Shown here piece by piece: positions 48,925-57,469 of a stretch of DNA of 64,000 bases (positions are counted from its first letter, which is position 1; the number at the start of each line of letters is the position of its first letter). The position numbers were made by a program, and so were the translations under genes. The stretch lies in the sequence record SRR20825019_1681; one strand, 5' to 3'. The notes under the pieces were generated by a model, which saw only the letters and a program-made list of their open reading frames with translations, was not told where the DNA came from and did no database searches.

Positions 48925-49917
48925 TTATTTTTTATCTAGATAACCATTCTCTTTCAACCAATCAAAACACTCTTTTACAGCAATTTTCAATGGAGTTTCA
49001 GGAAGACCGATTTCGTTTCGGGCTTTTTCGGGAGAATAATAGTGCTTTTCGCACGAAATAATAGAAAGTTCTTTAGTAACCGAAGGGTAAAAACCAAACA
49101 ACTTAGCAAAAAAGGAATTTGCAGTACCGTAGGACTTAACTATAAAATTAGATAGTTTTCGTTTAGGCGGTTTCACACCAATCGCATCTGCAATTAGATT
49201 AAAAGCTTCTTGGTACGTCAAATTAACATTTCCAAGAATGTAACACTCACCAATTCGTCCCATTGTTGTAGCATTTGCAATGGCAAAAGCAGCATCTTTT
49301 ACGGCAACGTAATTTTTACCTCCAGTGGTATAACCAGGAATTTTACCTCCATGTACAGCCAAAACCATAGCGCCAGAACTCGGGCGAGAGTCATAAGGGC
49401 CAATCATAAAAGTAGGATTCACAACCAAGCCAGGAAGACCATCATTCTTAACAGCATCTAGCACAACTTCTTGTCCTTTGCGTTTAGAGTCCATATAATC
49501 CAACCCATACTTCGCGGATAGGTAAGGGTTCCCCTCTTTGCCTGGTACTTCGTCATCACCAAACCCAAAAGAGTTAGCTGTACCAACGTAAATGAACCGC
49601 TTAACTTTATGTTTAAGAGCTGAGTTAATCACATTTTGAGTTCCCTCAATATTGACTTTATTGACGATTTCAGAGCGAGCAGGAAAAACAGAAGTTGAAG
49701 CGGCTCCATGGATCACTACATCTTTTCCACTAATTGCGTTGTCTAAATCGTTGGGGTTGAGAATGTTTCCTGCGAAACGAATGATATTAAGTCCGTCTAA
49801 TGTAGGAGAGTCTTTTCCGTCTTCTAGTAAAACACTAACTTCATATTCTCTAGAGATTAATTCTCTTACTAAATTGCTTCCTAAAACACCGTCGGGTCCT
49901 GTAACGAGTATTTTCAT
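48925..49917 (-). CDS. NAD-dependent epimerase/dehydratase (extended SDR, dihydroflavonol-reductase/HpnA-like)
   Basis: LVTG..G.LG, H.AA, YMDSK, VNPT..IGPYD and GRIGE.YIL motifs. Confidence 0.88.
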   Translation of the reverse strand: MKILVTGPDGVLGSNLVRELISREYEVSVLLEDGKDSPTLDGLNIIRFAGNILNPNDLDNAISGKDVVIHGAASTSVFPARSEIVNKVNIEGTQNVINSALKHKVKRFIYVGTANSFGFGDDEVPGKEGNPYLSAKYGLDYMDSKRKGQEVVLDAVKNDGLPGLVVNPTFMIGPYDSRPSSGAMVLAVHGGKIPGYTTGGKNYVAVKDAAFAIANATTMGRIGECYILGNVNLTYQEAFNLIADAIGVKPPKRKLSNFIVKSYGTANSFFAKLFGFYPSVTKELSIISCEKHYYSPEKARNEIGLPETPLKIAVKECFDWLKENGYLDKK

Positions 49918-49962
49918 AATATGATACTACCTTGTAATTACTGCGAAGTTAACCTTAATATT

Positions 49963-49970
49963 TAATTTTG
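49963..49970 (+). promoter_or_regulatory. -7 element (TAATTTTG) for the lipoprotein-TBDR-kinase operon
   Basis: Exact TAnnTTTG match; implies the first gene starts at ATG 49992. Confidence 0.5.
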
Positions 49971-49991
49971 ATGAACTTTAAACCGTTAGGG

Positions 49992-50345
49992 ATGTTATTA
50001 AAAGGACTAAAAATAGTCTTCGTTTTGGTTTGTTTGGCAAGTTGTAGCAGTTGTGAGAATGATGAAGTACAACTTTCGGAGGAGCATCAAATGATTGTGG
50101 GAAAGTGGTTTGAAAAGGAAACGGTGGCATCAAAAGACACGTCGTTTTGGGACTTTAGAATAGTCGATTTAAAATGGAGATCCTTCGAGCATTATTATAG
50201 AGTAGACGGAAAGAAATTAAGTGTTTCGGATATTATCTACGAAATTCAAAAGCAAGAACAGGACACAGTAGTGCTAATTTCTCCACAGAATAAAAAGTTG
50301 ACTTTAATTCGCTGTAAACCTGTTGATTCGCAAATTAATCCATAA
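49992..50345 (+). CDS. Small lipoprotein (lipocalin-like 'IVGKW' motif)
   Basis: Lipobox LASC and IVGKW; first gene of the TBDR operon. Confidence 0.6.
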   Translation: MLLKGLKIVFVLVCLASCSSCENDEVQLSEEHQMIVGKWFEKETVASKDTSFWDFRIVDLKWRSFEHYYRVDGKKLSVSDIIYEIQKQEQDTVVLISPQNKKLTLIRCKPVDSQINP

Positions 50346-50374
50346 ATTAAGTGCAATAATCGAGCTAGCTGAGA

Positions 50375-53086
50375 ATGCAAACCAAAAGAATGTTTACAAA
50401 CCGACTTACGTTGTTGATGGTATTTTTAACCATCACCGAATTTGTGGTTGGTCAAATAGGAACATTATCTGGACAAGTCTCTGATAAATTTGAAGCATTA
50501 GCGGGAGCAAAAGTGGAACTCGTAAATGAAGGAATAAAAACAACCTGTGACGCCGAAGGGAAGTTTTCGTTTGATTTAGGTCCAGGGAGATATTTGATTC
50601 AAGCAACGTATTTAATGTATGAATCTGCAGAAATAGAAGTGGTTATTTCGTTTGGAAACATGCATCCCGTGTTGAATTTTATTCTCAGTCCAGGAAGTGC
50701 CGCTGATGAAGAAGTAGAGATTGGAACCCGATTTGAACCTCAAACACAGCTTCAATCTCCTGTTTCAATAGATATCGTTACGCAAGAAGACATCGTGAAT
50801 TCAGGACAGCTTACGTTAAGTCAAGTGTTGATGTACGCCATCCCTTCATTTAATGCAAATAGACAAACGATTTCCGATGGAACAGATCACATTACACCTT
50901 CTACAATTAGAGGTTTGGGACCGGATCAGTTTCTTGTATTGATTAATGGTAAAAGAAGGCATGCGAGCTCTCTAGTTAATGTTAACGGGACAATAGGAAG
51001 AGGTTCGGTATCTACTGATCTCGATGCCATTCCGATTGCAGCAATTGATAGAGTAGAGGTGATGCGTGACGGTGCTGGAGCGCAATATGGTTCTGATGCG
51101 ATTGCCGGAGTAATTAATGTTATTCTAAAAGAAAACCCGAATACTTTTTCGTTAGTTACAGGCTATCAACCGACATTGGCGGGCGATGGAGCTGAGGATT
51201 ATTTTGGAGCAAGTTATGGAGTTGGCTCTGGAACGAAAGGATTTGTGAACATTGCTACAGAAATTCGAAGACGAGAATCAGTTAACCGAGCTGGAGATTA
51301 TTCAGGAAATATCTACAGTGATGATGATTCTGAAGATGCAGAATTAATAGAAAAGAACAATTTCTTTGGACAGACAGGGTATAAGAACCAAAGAATAATG
51401 GAAATTGGATCTTCTGATGCTTTCGACGGAGCGGTAATGATTAATGCTGAGTTTCCGTTAGAGAACAACTCTTCAGTATACGTAAATGCAGGAATGAATT
51501 ATCGCCAGGGTAGGTCTAGAGCATTCTACAGACTTCCTAAGAATGAGGAAGTTGTTGTTTTAGAGTTATTTCCAAACGGGTTTTCGCCAGAGTTAAGTAC
51601 TGATATATTGGATCGATCGGGAACAGTTGGTGTTCGTGGAAAGAAAAGAGGTTGGCTCATTGATTTGAGTAACACAACTGGACAAAATAAGTTAGACTAT
51701 ACTGTTAGGAATACGAATAATGCATCGATGGGAATTGCGTCACCAACTGATTTTTATGCAGGTGGTTTCGTGTATGGTTTGAATACAACCAACTTGGGGG
51801 TTTCTAAAACAATGGGAGGATTCTCTTGGATGGATAATATTGGAATTGCGTTTGGTTCTGAATTTCGAGCAGAAAACTATGTCATTAATCCAGGGGAAGA
51901 AGCTTCGTGGATTGATGGTGGAGAAACCTTGGCAAGTGGAGAAAAGAGAGCTGCTGGTTCGCAAGGTTTTAATGGGTTTCAGCCAGAAAACAAGCTAAAT
52001 AAAAGAAGGTCCAGTGGATCGGTTTATGCGGATGTTCACTGGAATTTTCTAAAGAACTTTTTAGTGGAAACAGCGATTCGAGGAGAAAACTACAGCGATT
52101 TTGGGAATAACCTTAGCTGGAAAATCGCATCGAGGTATAAATGGAAGGAAAAATGGTCGGTGCGTGGTGTATATAGCACGAGTTTTAGAGCTCCTTCTTT
52201 GCACCAAGTTCACTTTAATAACTTGAGCACTCAATTTATCAATGGAGATCCATACTTGATCGGTACGTTTAACAATGAAAGCGCTGTTTCTAAGGCATTT
52301 GGTATAGGAAGGTTAAAAGCTGAAACATCAACTAATTTTAGCCTTGGGTTAACCGGTAAGCCATGGAATAACTTTACAGTCAATATTGATGGGTTTTATA
52401 CTAAAATTGAAGATAGAATTGTGTTATCAGGTCAGTTTGGACAGGGCTATGAGTTTACATTGAACCCGATTGGAGTTGGAGCAGCGCAGTTTATGACGAA
52501 TGCGTTAAACACAGGAACAGCTGGTTTGGATGCAACATTGGGCTACAACGTTTGTTATGATAAAGCACACTTAACGATTATCGCAGCATACAATTATGCA
52601 CAGACAATGGTTTTAGATAGCATTCAAGTTTCAAGCAATTTTATTGGCGATTCTGAAACGCTTTTTAACCGAGAAGAAATTTCAAGAATTGAATCTGGAC
52701 AGCCAAGAAGCAAAGCGATTTTAACGATTAATTACGGAACCAAGAGATGGGAGTTTATTGTTAGAAACACGTATTTCGGAGAGGTGAAATACGTTCATCC
52801 TGACGATGGAGATCCTACAAATTGGGTGTTGAATGAAAATTCAGGAGTCGTTGAGTCACGCGATCAAGTATTTAAACCTAAGTTGATTACGGACCTTTCT
52901 GCGAGTGTTAAAATTAATCATTCATTGTCGGTGGTACTCGGATCAAATAATGTATTTAACATTTACCCAGATAAACATACGCACTCTGCGAACACAATAA
53001 ATGGGTCTTTTGAATACAGCAGAAGAGTTCAACAATTTGGTGTTCGTGGCTCTGTTTATTACATACGTTTGAGACTGAACTTGTAA
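50375..53086 (+). CDS. TonB-dependent receptor with N-terminal carboxypeptidase-regulatory-like domain
   Basis: Plug motifs IRGLGPDQ.LVLINGKR and IDRVEV.RDGA.AQYGSDAIAGVINVI; SFRAPSL; NN.FN.YP; C-terminal beta strand. Confidence 0.93.
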   Translation: MQTKRMFTNRLTLLMVFLTITEFVVGQIGTLSGQVSDKFEALAGAKVELVNEGIKTTCDAEGKFSFDLGPGRYLIQATYLMYESAEIEVVISFGNMHPVLNFILSPGSAADEEVEIGTRFEPQTQLQSPVSIDIVTQEDIVNSGQLTLSQVLMYAIPSFNANRQTISDGTDHITPSTIRGLGPDQFLVLINGKRRHASSLVNVNGTIGRGSVSTDLDAIPIAAIDRVEVMRDGAGAQYGSDAIAGVINVILKENPNTFSLVTGYQPTLAGDGAEDYFGASYGVGSGTKGFVNIATEIRRRESVNRAGDYSGNIYSDDDSEDAELIEKNNFFGQTGYKNQRIMEIGSSDAFDGAVMINAEFPLENNSSVYVNAGMNYRQGRSRAFYRLPKNEEVVVLELFPNGFSPELSTDILDRSGTVGVRGKKRGWLIDLSNTTGQNKLDYTVRNTNNASMGIASPTDFYAGGFVYGLNTTNLGVSKTMGGFSWMDNIGIAFGSEFRAENYVINPGEEASWIDGGETLASGEKRAAGSQGFNGFQPENKLNKRRSSGSVYADVHWNFLKNFLVETAIRGENYSDFGNNLSWKIASRYKWKEKWSVRGVYSTSFRAPSLHQVHFNNLSTQFINGDPYLIGTFNNESAVSKAFGIGRLKAETSTNFSLGLTGKPWNNFTVNIDGFYTKIEDRIVLSGQFGQGYEFTLNPIGVGAAQFMTNALNTGTAGLDATLGYNVCYDKAHLTIIAAYNYAQTMVLDSIQVSSNFIGDSETLFNREEISRIESGQPRSKAILTINYGTKRWEFIVRNTYFGEVKYVHPDDGDPTNWVLNENSGVVESRDQVFKPKLITDLSASVKINHSLSVVLGSNNVFNIYPDKHTHSANTINGSFEYSRRVQQFGVRGSVYYIRLRLNL

Positions 53087-53088
53087 GA

Positions 53089-54912
53089 ATGAAAGGGGCA
53101 AGGTGGATTCTTTTAGTAATTAGTACTAGTTTGAGCAGTGTTGTTTGGACGCAGGAAAACCTCACAGAGAAGGAGAGCATCCGTAATAAGCAACGCGTTA
53201 ATTACATCTACAACTTCACTGAGTTTATTACATGGAAAGAAAGTCACGACCCTTTTGTTATTGGTATTTTGGGAACCAACGAGGAGGCGTTGGTGAAAGA
53301 ATTTGTGAAGTCCGCAGAAAAACGAACGGTAAAGGGAAATAGAGTGAAAATTCTGCATTTTGAAACAGTTGATCAGATTAGAGAAACGCAGATTTTATTC
53401 ATTCACAACATGCACAAAGTGGACCTAAACAAGGTTCTAAAGAAAATGTATGAAAATAACACGCTACTTGTAACGGAGAACTATGAATTTGGACAGTCAA
53501 TGATAAACTTCATGGAGTTTGGTGAGGAATTTCATTTCAGTCTGAATTCTCAACAATTAAGTGACGCTGGTCTTTTGGTTGCTCCAAGGCTGTTAAACTA
53601 TTCTATTCAAGTTCAGAAGGATTGGGATGAAATATATCAGCGACTAACAGAGGAGAGAAATCTTATCGACGATCAATCAAAGGAATTGCTTAGACTTCAA
53701 TTATTGGTTTCAGAGCAAGAAAGCAGGCTTAAATCTCAAAGGTCACGAATAATCAAGCAACAAAGCTTACTGAATGGACAAAAGTTAAAATTTGACCTTC
53801 AGCAAGAATACTTGGATGAACAAATTGGACGTGTTGGGAATCAAAAGAAGCAACTTGAATCTCTGTTAGCTGAGATAGAAAGTGCGAAGTTAAAGAGTGG
53901 AAGAGTTGCTTCAGAATTGGCGTATCAGCGTGAAAAATTCAATCAAAGGCAAAACAAGGTGCGTGAACAGTCAAATACGCTCCAGGATCAGGAAAACAAG
54001 CTTAAATCGCAAGAGTTGAGCATAAACGATCAGGAAAAACAATTAAGTACACAGTTAGAAAAAATTGAGAAGCAAGGGTATTTAATTTATGCGTTTGGGT
54101 TTTTGTTTTTGTTAATCGGTGTTCTCGCCTTTTTTGTACGCAGAGAATACAAGAGAAAACGAAGAAGTGAGTACCGTGTAAAACAGCAAAATGCGCGCTT
54201 GGTTGCCCTGAATGAAAGCCTTGATAGTTTTGTTTATCGGGTATCTCATGATTTGAAAGCTCCAGTGATTAATGTCAAGAACATGATCAGTATGTTGAAG
54301 GAATATCAAGGTTCTAGAGATGAAGGAATGATCACGGAGATCCTAGGGAACTTGGATGTTTCTTCTGTTAGGTTAGAAACAACGATTACGGACTTGCTTG
54401 AATTATCTAGAATTGAGCGGGTAAGAGAGAAGAAAGAAGATGTGAGTGTTAAGGCAGTTTGGGGTGAGTTAATCACAGAGTATAAGGACAGGCTAGATGA
54501 AATAAATGGATCTGTTTTGACAAATATTAACCGTACGGATGTATGTTACGTGTCACCAGCGGAAATGATGAGCATTTTGCAGAACTTACTAACCAACAGC
54601 ATTAAGTATCGATCGCCTCAAAGGTTTTTGGAAATTAACATCAGTACAGAACAGAAAGAGGGAGAATTATTGTTAATGTTTTCTGACAATGGTCGCGGGT
54701 TGGATCTCACGAAATTTGAAGGTAAACTATTTGAAATGTTTCAACGATTTACAGACGACGTAACAATCTCTGGAACGGGCGTTGGAATGTATATTATTAA
54801 GAAATTGATTGATAAAAACGGAGGTAGAGTGAGGCTCGAAAGTGAACCAGGAAAGGGGCTTACGTACTTCATTTATTTTCCAATAAAGAATTCACCACAT
54901 GAGAAGAATTAA
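53089..54912 (+). CDS. Sensor histidine kinase with periplasmic YfiR/HmsC-like domain and long coiled coil
   Basis: YIYNFT.FI.W...F.IGILG...MINF....F.LN...GL (YfiR-like); Q/E/L heptads aa ~176-330; TM; SHDLKAP, NLLTNSIKY, DNGRG, GTGVG. Confidence 0.85.
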   Translation: MKGARWILLVISTSLSSVVWTQENLTEKESIRNKQRVNYIYNFTEFITWKESHDPFVIGILGTNEEALVKEFVKSAEKRTVKGNRVKILHFETVDQIRETQILFIHNMHKVDLNKVLKKMYENNTLLVTENYEFGQSMINFMEFGEEFHFSLNSQQLSDAGLLVAPRLLNYSIQVQKDWDEIYQRLTEERNLIDDQSKELLRLQLLVSEQESRLKSQRSRIIKQQSLLNGQKLKFDLQQEYLDEQIGRVGNQKKQLESLLAEIESAKLKSGRVASELAYQREKFNQRQNKVREQSNTLQDQENKLKSQELSINDQEKQLSTQLEKIEKQGYLIYAFGFLFLLIGVLAFFVRREYKRKRRSEYRVKQQNARLVALNESLDSFVYRVSHDLKAPVINVKNMISMLKEYQGSRDEGMITEILGNLDVSSVRLETTITDLLELSRIERVREKKEDVSVKAVWGELITEYKDRLDEINGSVLTNINRTDVCYVSPAEMMSILQNLLTNSIKYRSPQRFLEINISTEQKEGELLLMFSDNGRGLDLTKFEGKLFEMFQRFTDDVTISGTGVGMYIIKKLIDKNGGRVRLESEPGKGLTYFIYFPIKNSPHEKN

Positions 54913-55303
54913 GCACCTGTTGCTTGTAGATGATGATCCTACGACGAATTTTTTTAATCGACACTTAATATCTAAAACGGGTTTTTGTGATTGTATTCAT
55001 GAGGCTAGAAATGGTCAAGAAGCGCTGGAAGTACTCGATGTGTTGAATGAGAAGGGAGAATTTCCCGAAATTATTCTGCTGGATATAAATATGCCAATAA
55101 TGGATGGCTTCGAATTTCTTGATCGATTTGTACTGATGGAACAGAAGTTAGAATCTGTGGTGGTGTGTATGCTCACAACTTCCCTTGCAGATGAAGACTT
55201 AGTGCGCGCGCAGAAATATGATATTCTAAGAGATTATATTGACAAACCGCTGCACGAAACAAAGATCAGACAGATTGTAAATAAGTACTTTTCAGACAAA
55301 TAA
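54899..55303 (+). CDS. Single-domain response regulator
   Basis: LLVDDD, LLDINMP, LTTS and KP motifs; overlaps the kinase stop. Confidence 0.92.
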   Translation: MRRIKHLLLVDDDPTTNFFNRHLISKTGFCDCIHEARNGQEALEVLDVLNEKGEFPEIILLDINMPIMDGFEFLDRFVLMEQKLESVVVCMLTTSLADEDLVRAQKYDILRDYIDKPLHETKIRQIVNKYFSDK

Positions 55304-55332
55304 AAAACTCCTCAAAATTTTTGAGGAGTTTT
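55304..55332. terminator. Bidirectional intrinsic terminator
   Basis: Inverted repeat AAAACTCCTCAAAA/TTTTGAGGAGTTTT between the convergent regulator and tRNA genes. Confidence 0.75.
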
Positions 55333-55335
55333 AAG

Positions 55336-55406
55336 AGGTTTCGAGCGGATTCGAACCGCTGTACGAGGTTTTGCAGACCTCTGCCTAGCCGCTCGGCCAC
55401 GAAACC
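55336..55406 (-). tRNA. tRNA-Cys (GCA), CCA not encoded
   Basis: Reverse complement GGTTTCGTGGCCGAGCGGCTAGGCAGAGGTCTGCAAAACCTCGTACAGCGGTTCGAATCCGCTCGAAACCT folds into a cloverleaf with GCA anticodon, TTCGAAT T-loop and U discriminator. Confidence 0.97.
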
Positions 55407-55420
55407 AGTAATTGGAGGGG

Positions 55421-55428
55421 CAAATGTA
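55421..55428 (-). promoter_or_regulatory. -7 element (TACATTTG) for tRNA-Cys
   Basis: Exact TAnnTTTG match 14 nt upstream of the tRNA 5' end. Confidence 0.65.
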
Positions 55429-55447
55429 AGAAAAAAACTTATAATTG

Positions 55448-55801
55448 CTAACCTTCAATTATAATTGCAACATTATCTACGTCTCCATTAATCGGAGGAG
55501 TGAGTTTGATAATTTTTACCCGCAATCGCATTATTCTATTGACTTCTGTTTTCAACCGTGTAAAGATGCGCTGACCAACATGCTCAATAAGTTTGGAACG
55601 AATTGCCATTTCTTCTTTCACAATTCGATTAACAATAACGTAATCAACTGTTTCGGATAAGTCATCACTTTTTGAAGCTGAGGTGAAATCAGTCGTTATT
55701 TGAAGATCTACAACATAGTGGCCACCAACCTCACCTTCTTCGGGTAAACATCCGTGGAAGGCATAAAGTTTGATTCCGTTGACTTCAATTGTGTGCGTCA
55801 T
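55448..55801 (-). CDS. folB: Dihydroneopterin aldolase
   Basis: YAFHGC..EE..G, SDDL..TVDY, LIEHV and K..PPI motifs. Start placed at ATG 55801. Confidence 0.95.
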   Translation of the reverse strand: MTHTIEVNGIKLYAFHGCLPEEGEVGGHYVVDLQITTDFTSASKSDDLSETVDYVIVNRIVKEEMAIRSKLIEHVGQRIFTRLKTEVNRIMRLRVKIIKLTPPINGDVDNVAIIIEG

Positions 55802-55809
55802 ACCAAAAA

Positions 55810-57318
55810 TTATAATGCTTTTAAACCAAGTTCGATGCGCAAAATACACTCTTCTTTTCCAAGAAACTCGGAAATTTCAAACATACTTGGTCCCATACTT
55901 TTCCCTGTAACAAGTAGACGGAATAAAGGAAGAACAGCACCAATACCAAGCTCTTTCTCGGCAATAAATTCTTTAAAAGACGTTTCAATGTTAGCTGCGG
56001 TAAATGGAGCAATGGTTAACAAACGGTCATTCCATTCTTTCATGAGAGCAGGAGATTCATCTTTCCACTTTTTCTGCACAGTAACCTGATCGAATTCAGT
56101 TGGCTTTTCTAAAAGGAATAATCCTTCTGTAAGAATGTCTTCTACGAAAGTAGCGCGCTCTTTCATCAGCCTGCAAACAACTTCTAATGAGTCAAGATCG
56201 TATTTATCGTTTGAAATTTGCGATAAAGAAACAGCTAAGTCACGATCACTAGTAGATCGTAAGTATTGTTGTTGGAACCATTTTGTTTTGTCTGGATCAA
56301 ATTTTGCTCCTGCTTTAGCAACTCGCTCTAGGGAGAATGTTTGAACCAAATCTTCAAGAGAAAAGATCTCTTGCGTAGTTCCAGGGTTCCACCCCAAGAA
56401 AGCTAACATATTCACAAACGCCTGAGGGAAGTATCCTTTTTCTCTATATCCTGAGTAAACTTCACCGTCTTCAGATTGCCAGTTTGTTGGAAATACTGGA
56501 AAGCCTAAACGATCTCCGTCTCTTTTTGAAAGTTTACCATTTCCGTCTGGTTTTAACAAAAGAGGTAAGTGTGCAAAAACGGGACAATCCCATCCGAAAG
56601 CTTCGTACAACATTACATGAAGCGGGGCAGAGGGTAACCATTCTTCTCCACGAATAACATGGGAAATTTCCATCGTGTGGTCATCAACAATATTTGCAAG
56701 GTGATAGGTTGGCATTCCGTCCGATTTGAAAAGAACTTTATCATCAAGATTGTTTGTGTTAACAACAACCCACCCTCTAATCACGTCTTCAAAACGAATG
56801 TCTCTGTTACGTGGCATTTTCATTCGAATTACATAAGGTTCTCCTTCTGAAATTCTTCTTTTAACTTCATCAGAAGGCAAAGTCAAAGAGTTTTTCATCG
56901 ATACACGCGATACGCTGTTGTATTGCCAGTTGGGCATTCCCATTTGCTTGGCTTGGTCACGCATATTATCGAGATCTTCTGGAGTATCGAATGCAACATA
57001 AGCTTTGTCCTCAGCAACGAGTCTATCTGCATACGGACGATACATTTCTTTTCGCTCCGATTGCACGTAAGGTCCAAAGTCACCACCCAAACCTGGTCCT
57101 TCTGTAGGATTGATTCCACACCAGTTCAGGGCATCCATAATGTAATCCTGTGCTCCTGGAACGAAGCGTGCTTGATCGGTATCTTCTATCCGTATAAGGA
57201 AGGTTCCGTTGTGTTTTTTAGCGAATAAATAGTTATAAAGTGCGGTGCGAACGCCTCCCATGTGAAGAGGTCCTGTTGGAGATGGTGCAAAGCGCACGCG
57301 TACGGGTTTATCAGACAT
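55810..57318 (-). CDS. gltX: Glutamate-tRNA ligase
   Basis: RFAPSPTGPLHMGG, RIEDTD, PTYH, HVIRGEEW and KLSKR motifs. Start placed at ATG 57318. Confidence 0.98.
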   Translation of the reverse strand: MSDKPVRVRFAPSPTGPLHMGGVRTALYNYLFAKKHNGTFLIRIEDTDQARFVPGAQDYIMDALNWCGINPTEGPGLGGDFGPYVQSERKEMYRPYADRLVAEDKAYVAFDTPEDLDNMRDQAKQMGMPNWQYNSVSRVSMKNSLTLPSDEVKRRISEGEPYVIRMKMPRNRDIRFEDVIRGWVVVNTNNLDDKVLFKSDGMPTYHLANIVDDHTMEISHVIRGEEWLPSAPLHVMLYEAFGWDCPVFAHLPLLLKPDGNGKLSKRDGDRLGFPVFPTNWQSEDGEVYSGYREKGYFPQAFVNMLAFLGWNPGTTQEIFSLEDLVQTFSLERVAKAGAKFDPDKTKWFQQQYLRSTSDRDLAVSLSQISNDKYDLDSLEVVCRLMKERATFVEDILTEGLFLLEKPTEFDQVTVQKKWKDESPALMKEWNDRLLTIAPFTAANIETSFKEFIAEKELGIGAVLPLFRLLVTGKSMGPSMFEISEFLGKEECILRIELGLKAL

Positions 57319-57336
57319 TGTGTTGAATTTTGGTTG

Positions 57337-57344
57337 CAAAGATA
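57337..57344 (-). promoter_or_regulatory. -7 element (TATCTTTG) for gltX-folB
   Basis: Exact TAnnTTTG match 18 nt upstream of the ATG. Confidence 0.6.
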
Positions 57345-57469
57345 AGGAGAATGATGGAGAGGTCAACAATTGAGTTGAACGTCATGTAAATACGATTGTA
57401 CTAGGTTTAACGTTTATTTAAGTATCGAGACGGGGATAAGTTGTATTTTAGTTTACAAATTCATTAATT

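Noticed and set aside
49992-55406. Genomic island integrated at the tRNA-Cys 3' end
   Set aside because: No integrase and no duplicated tRNA 3' fragment seen by eye; composition looks like the flanks.
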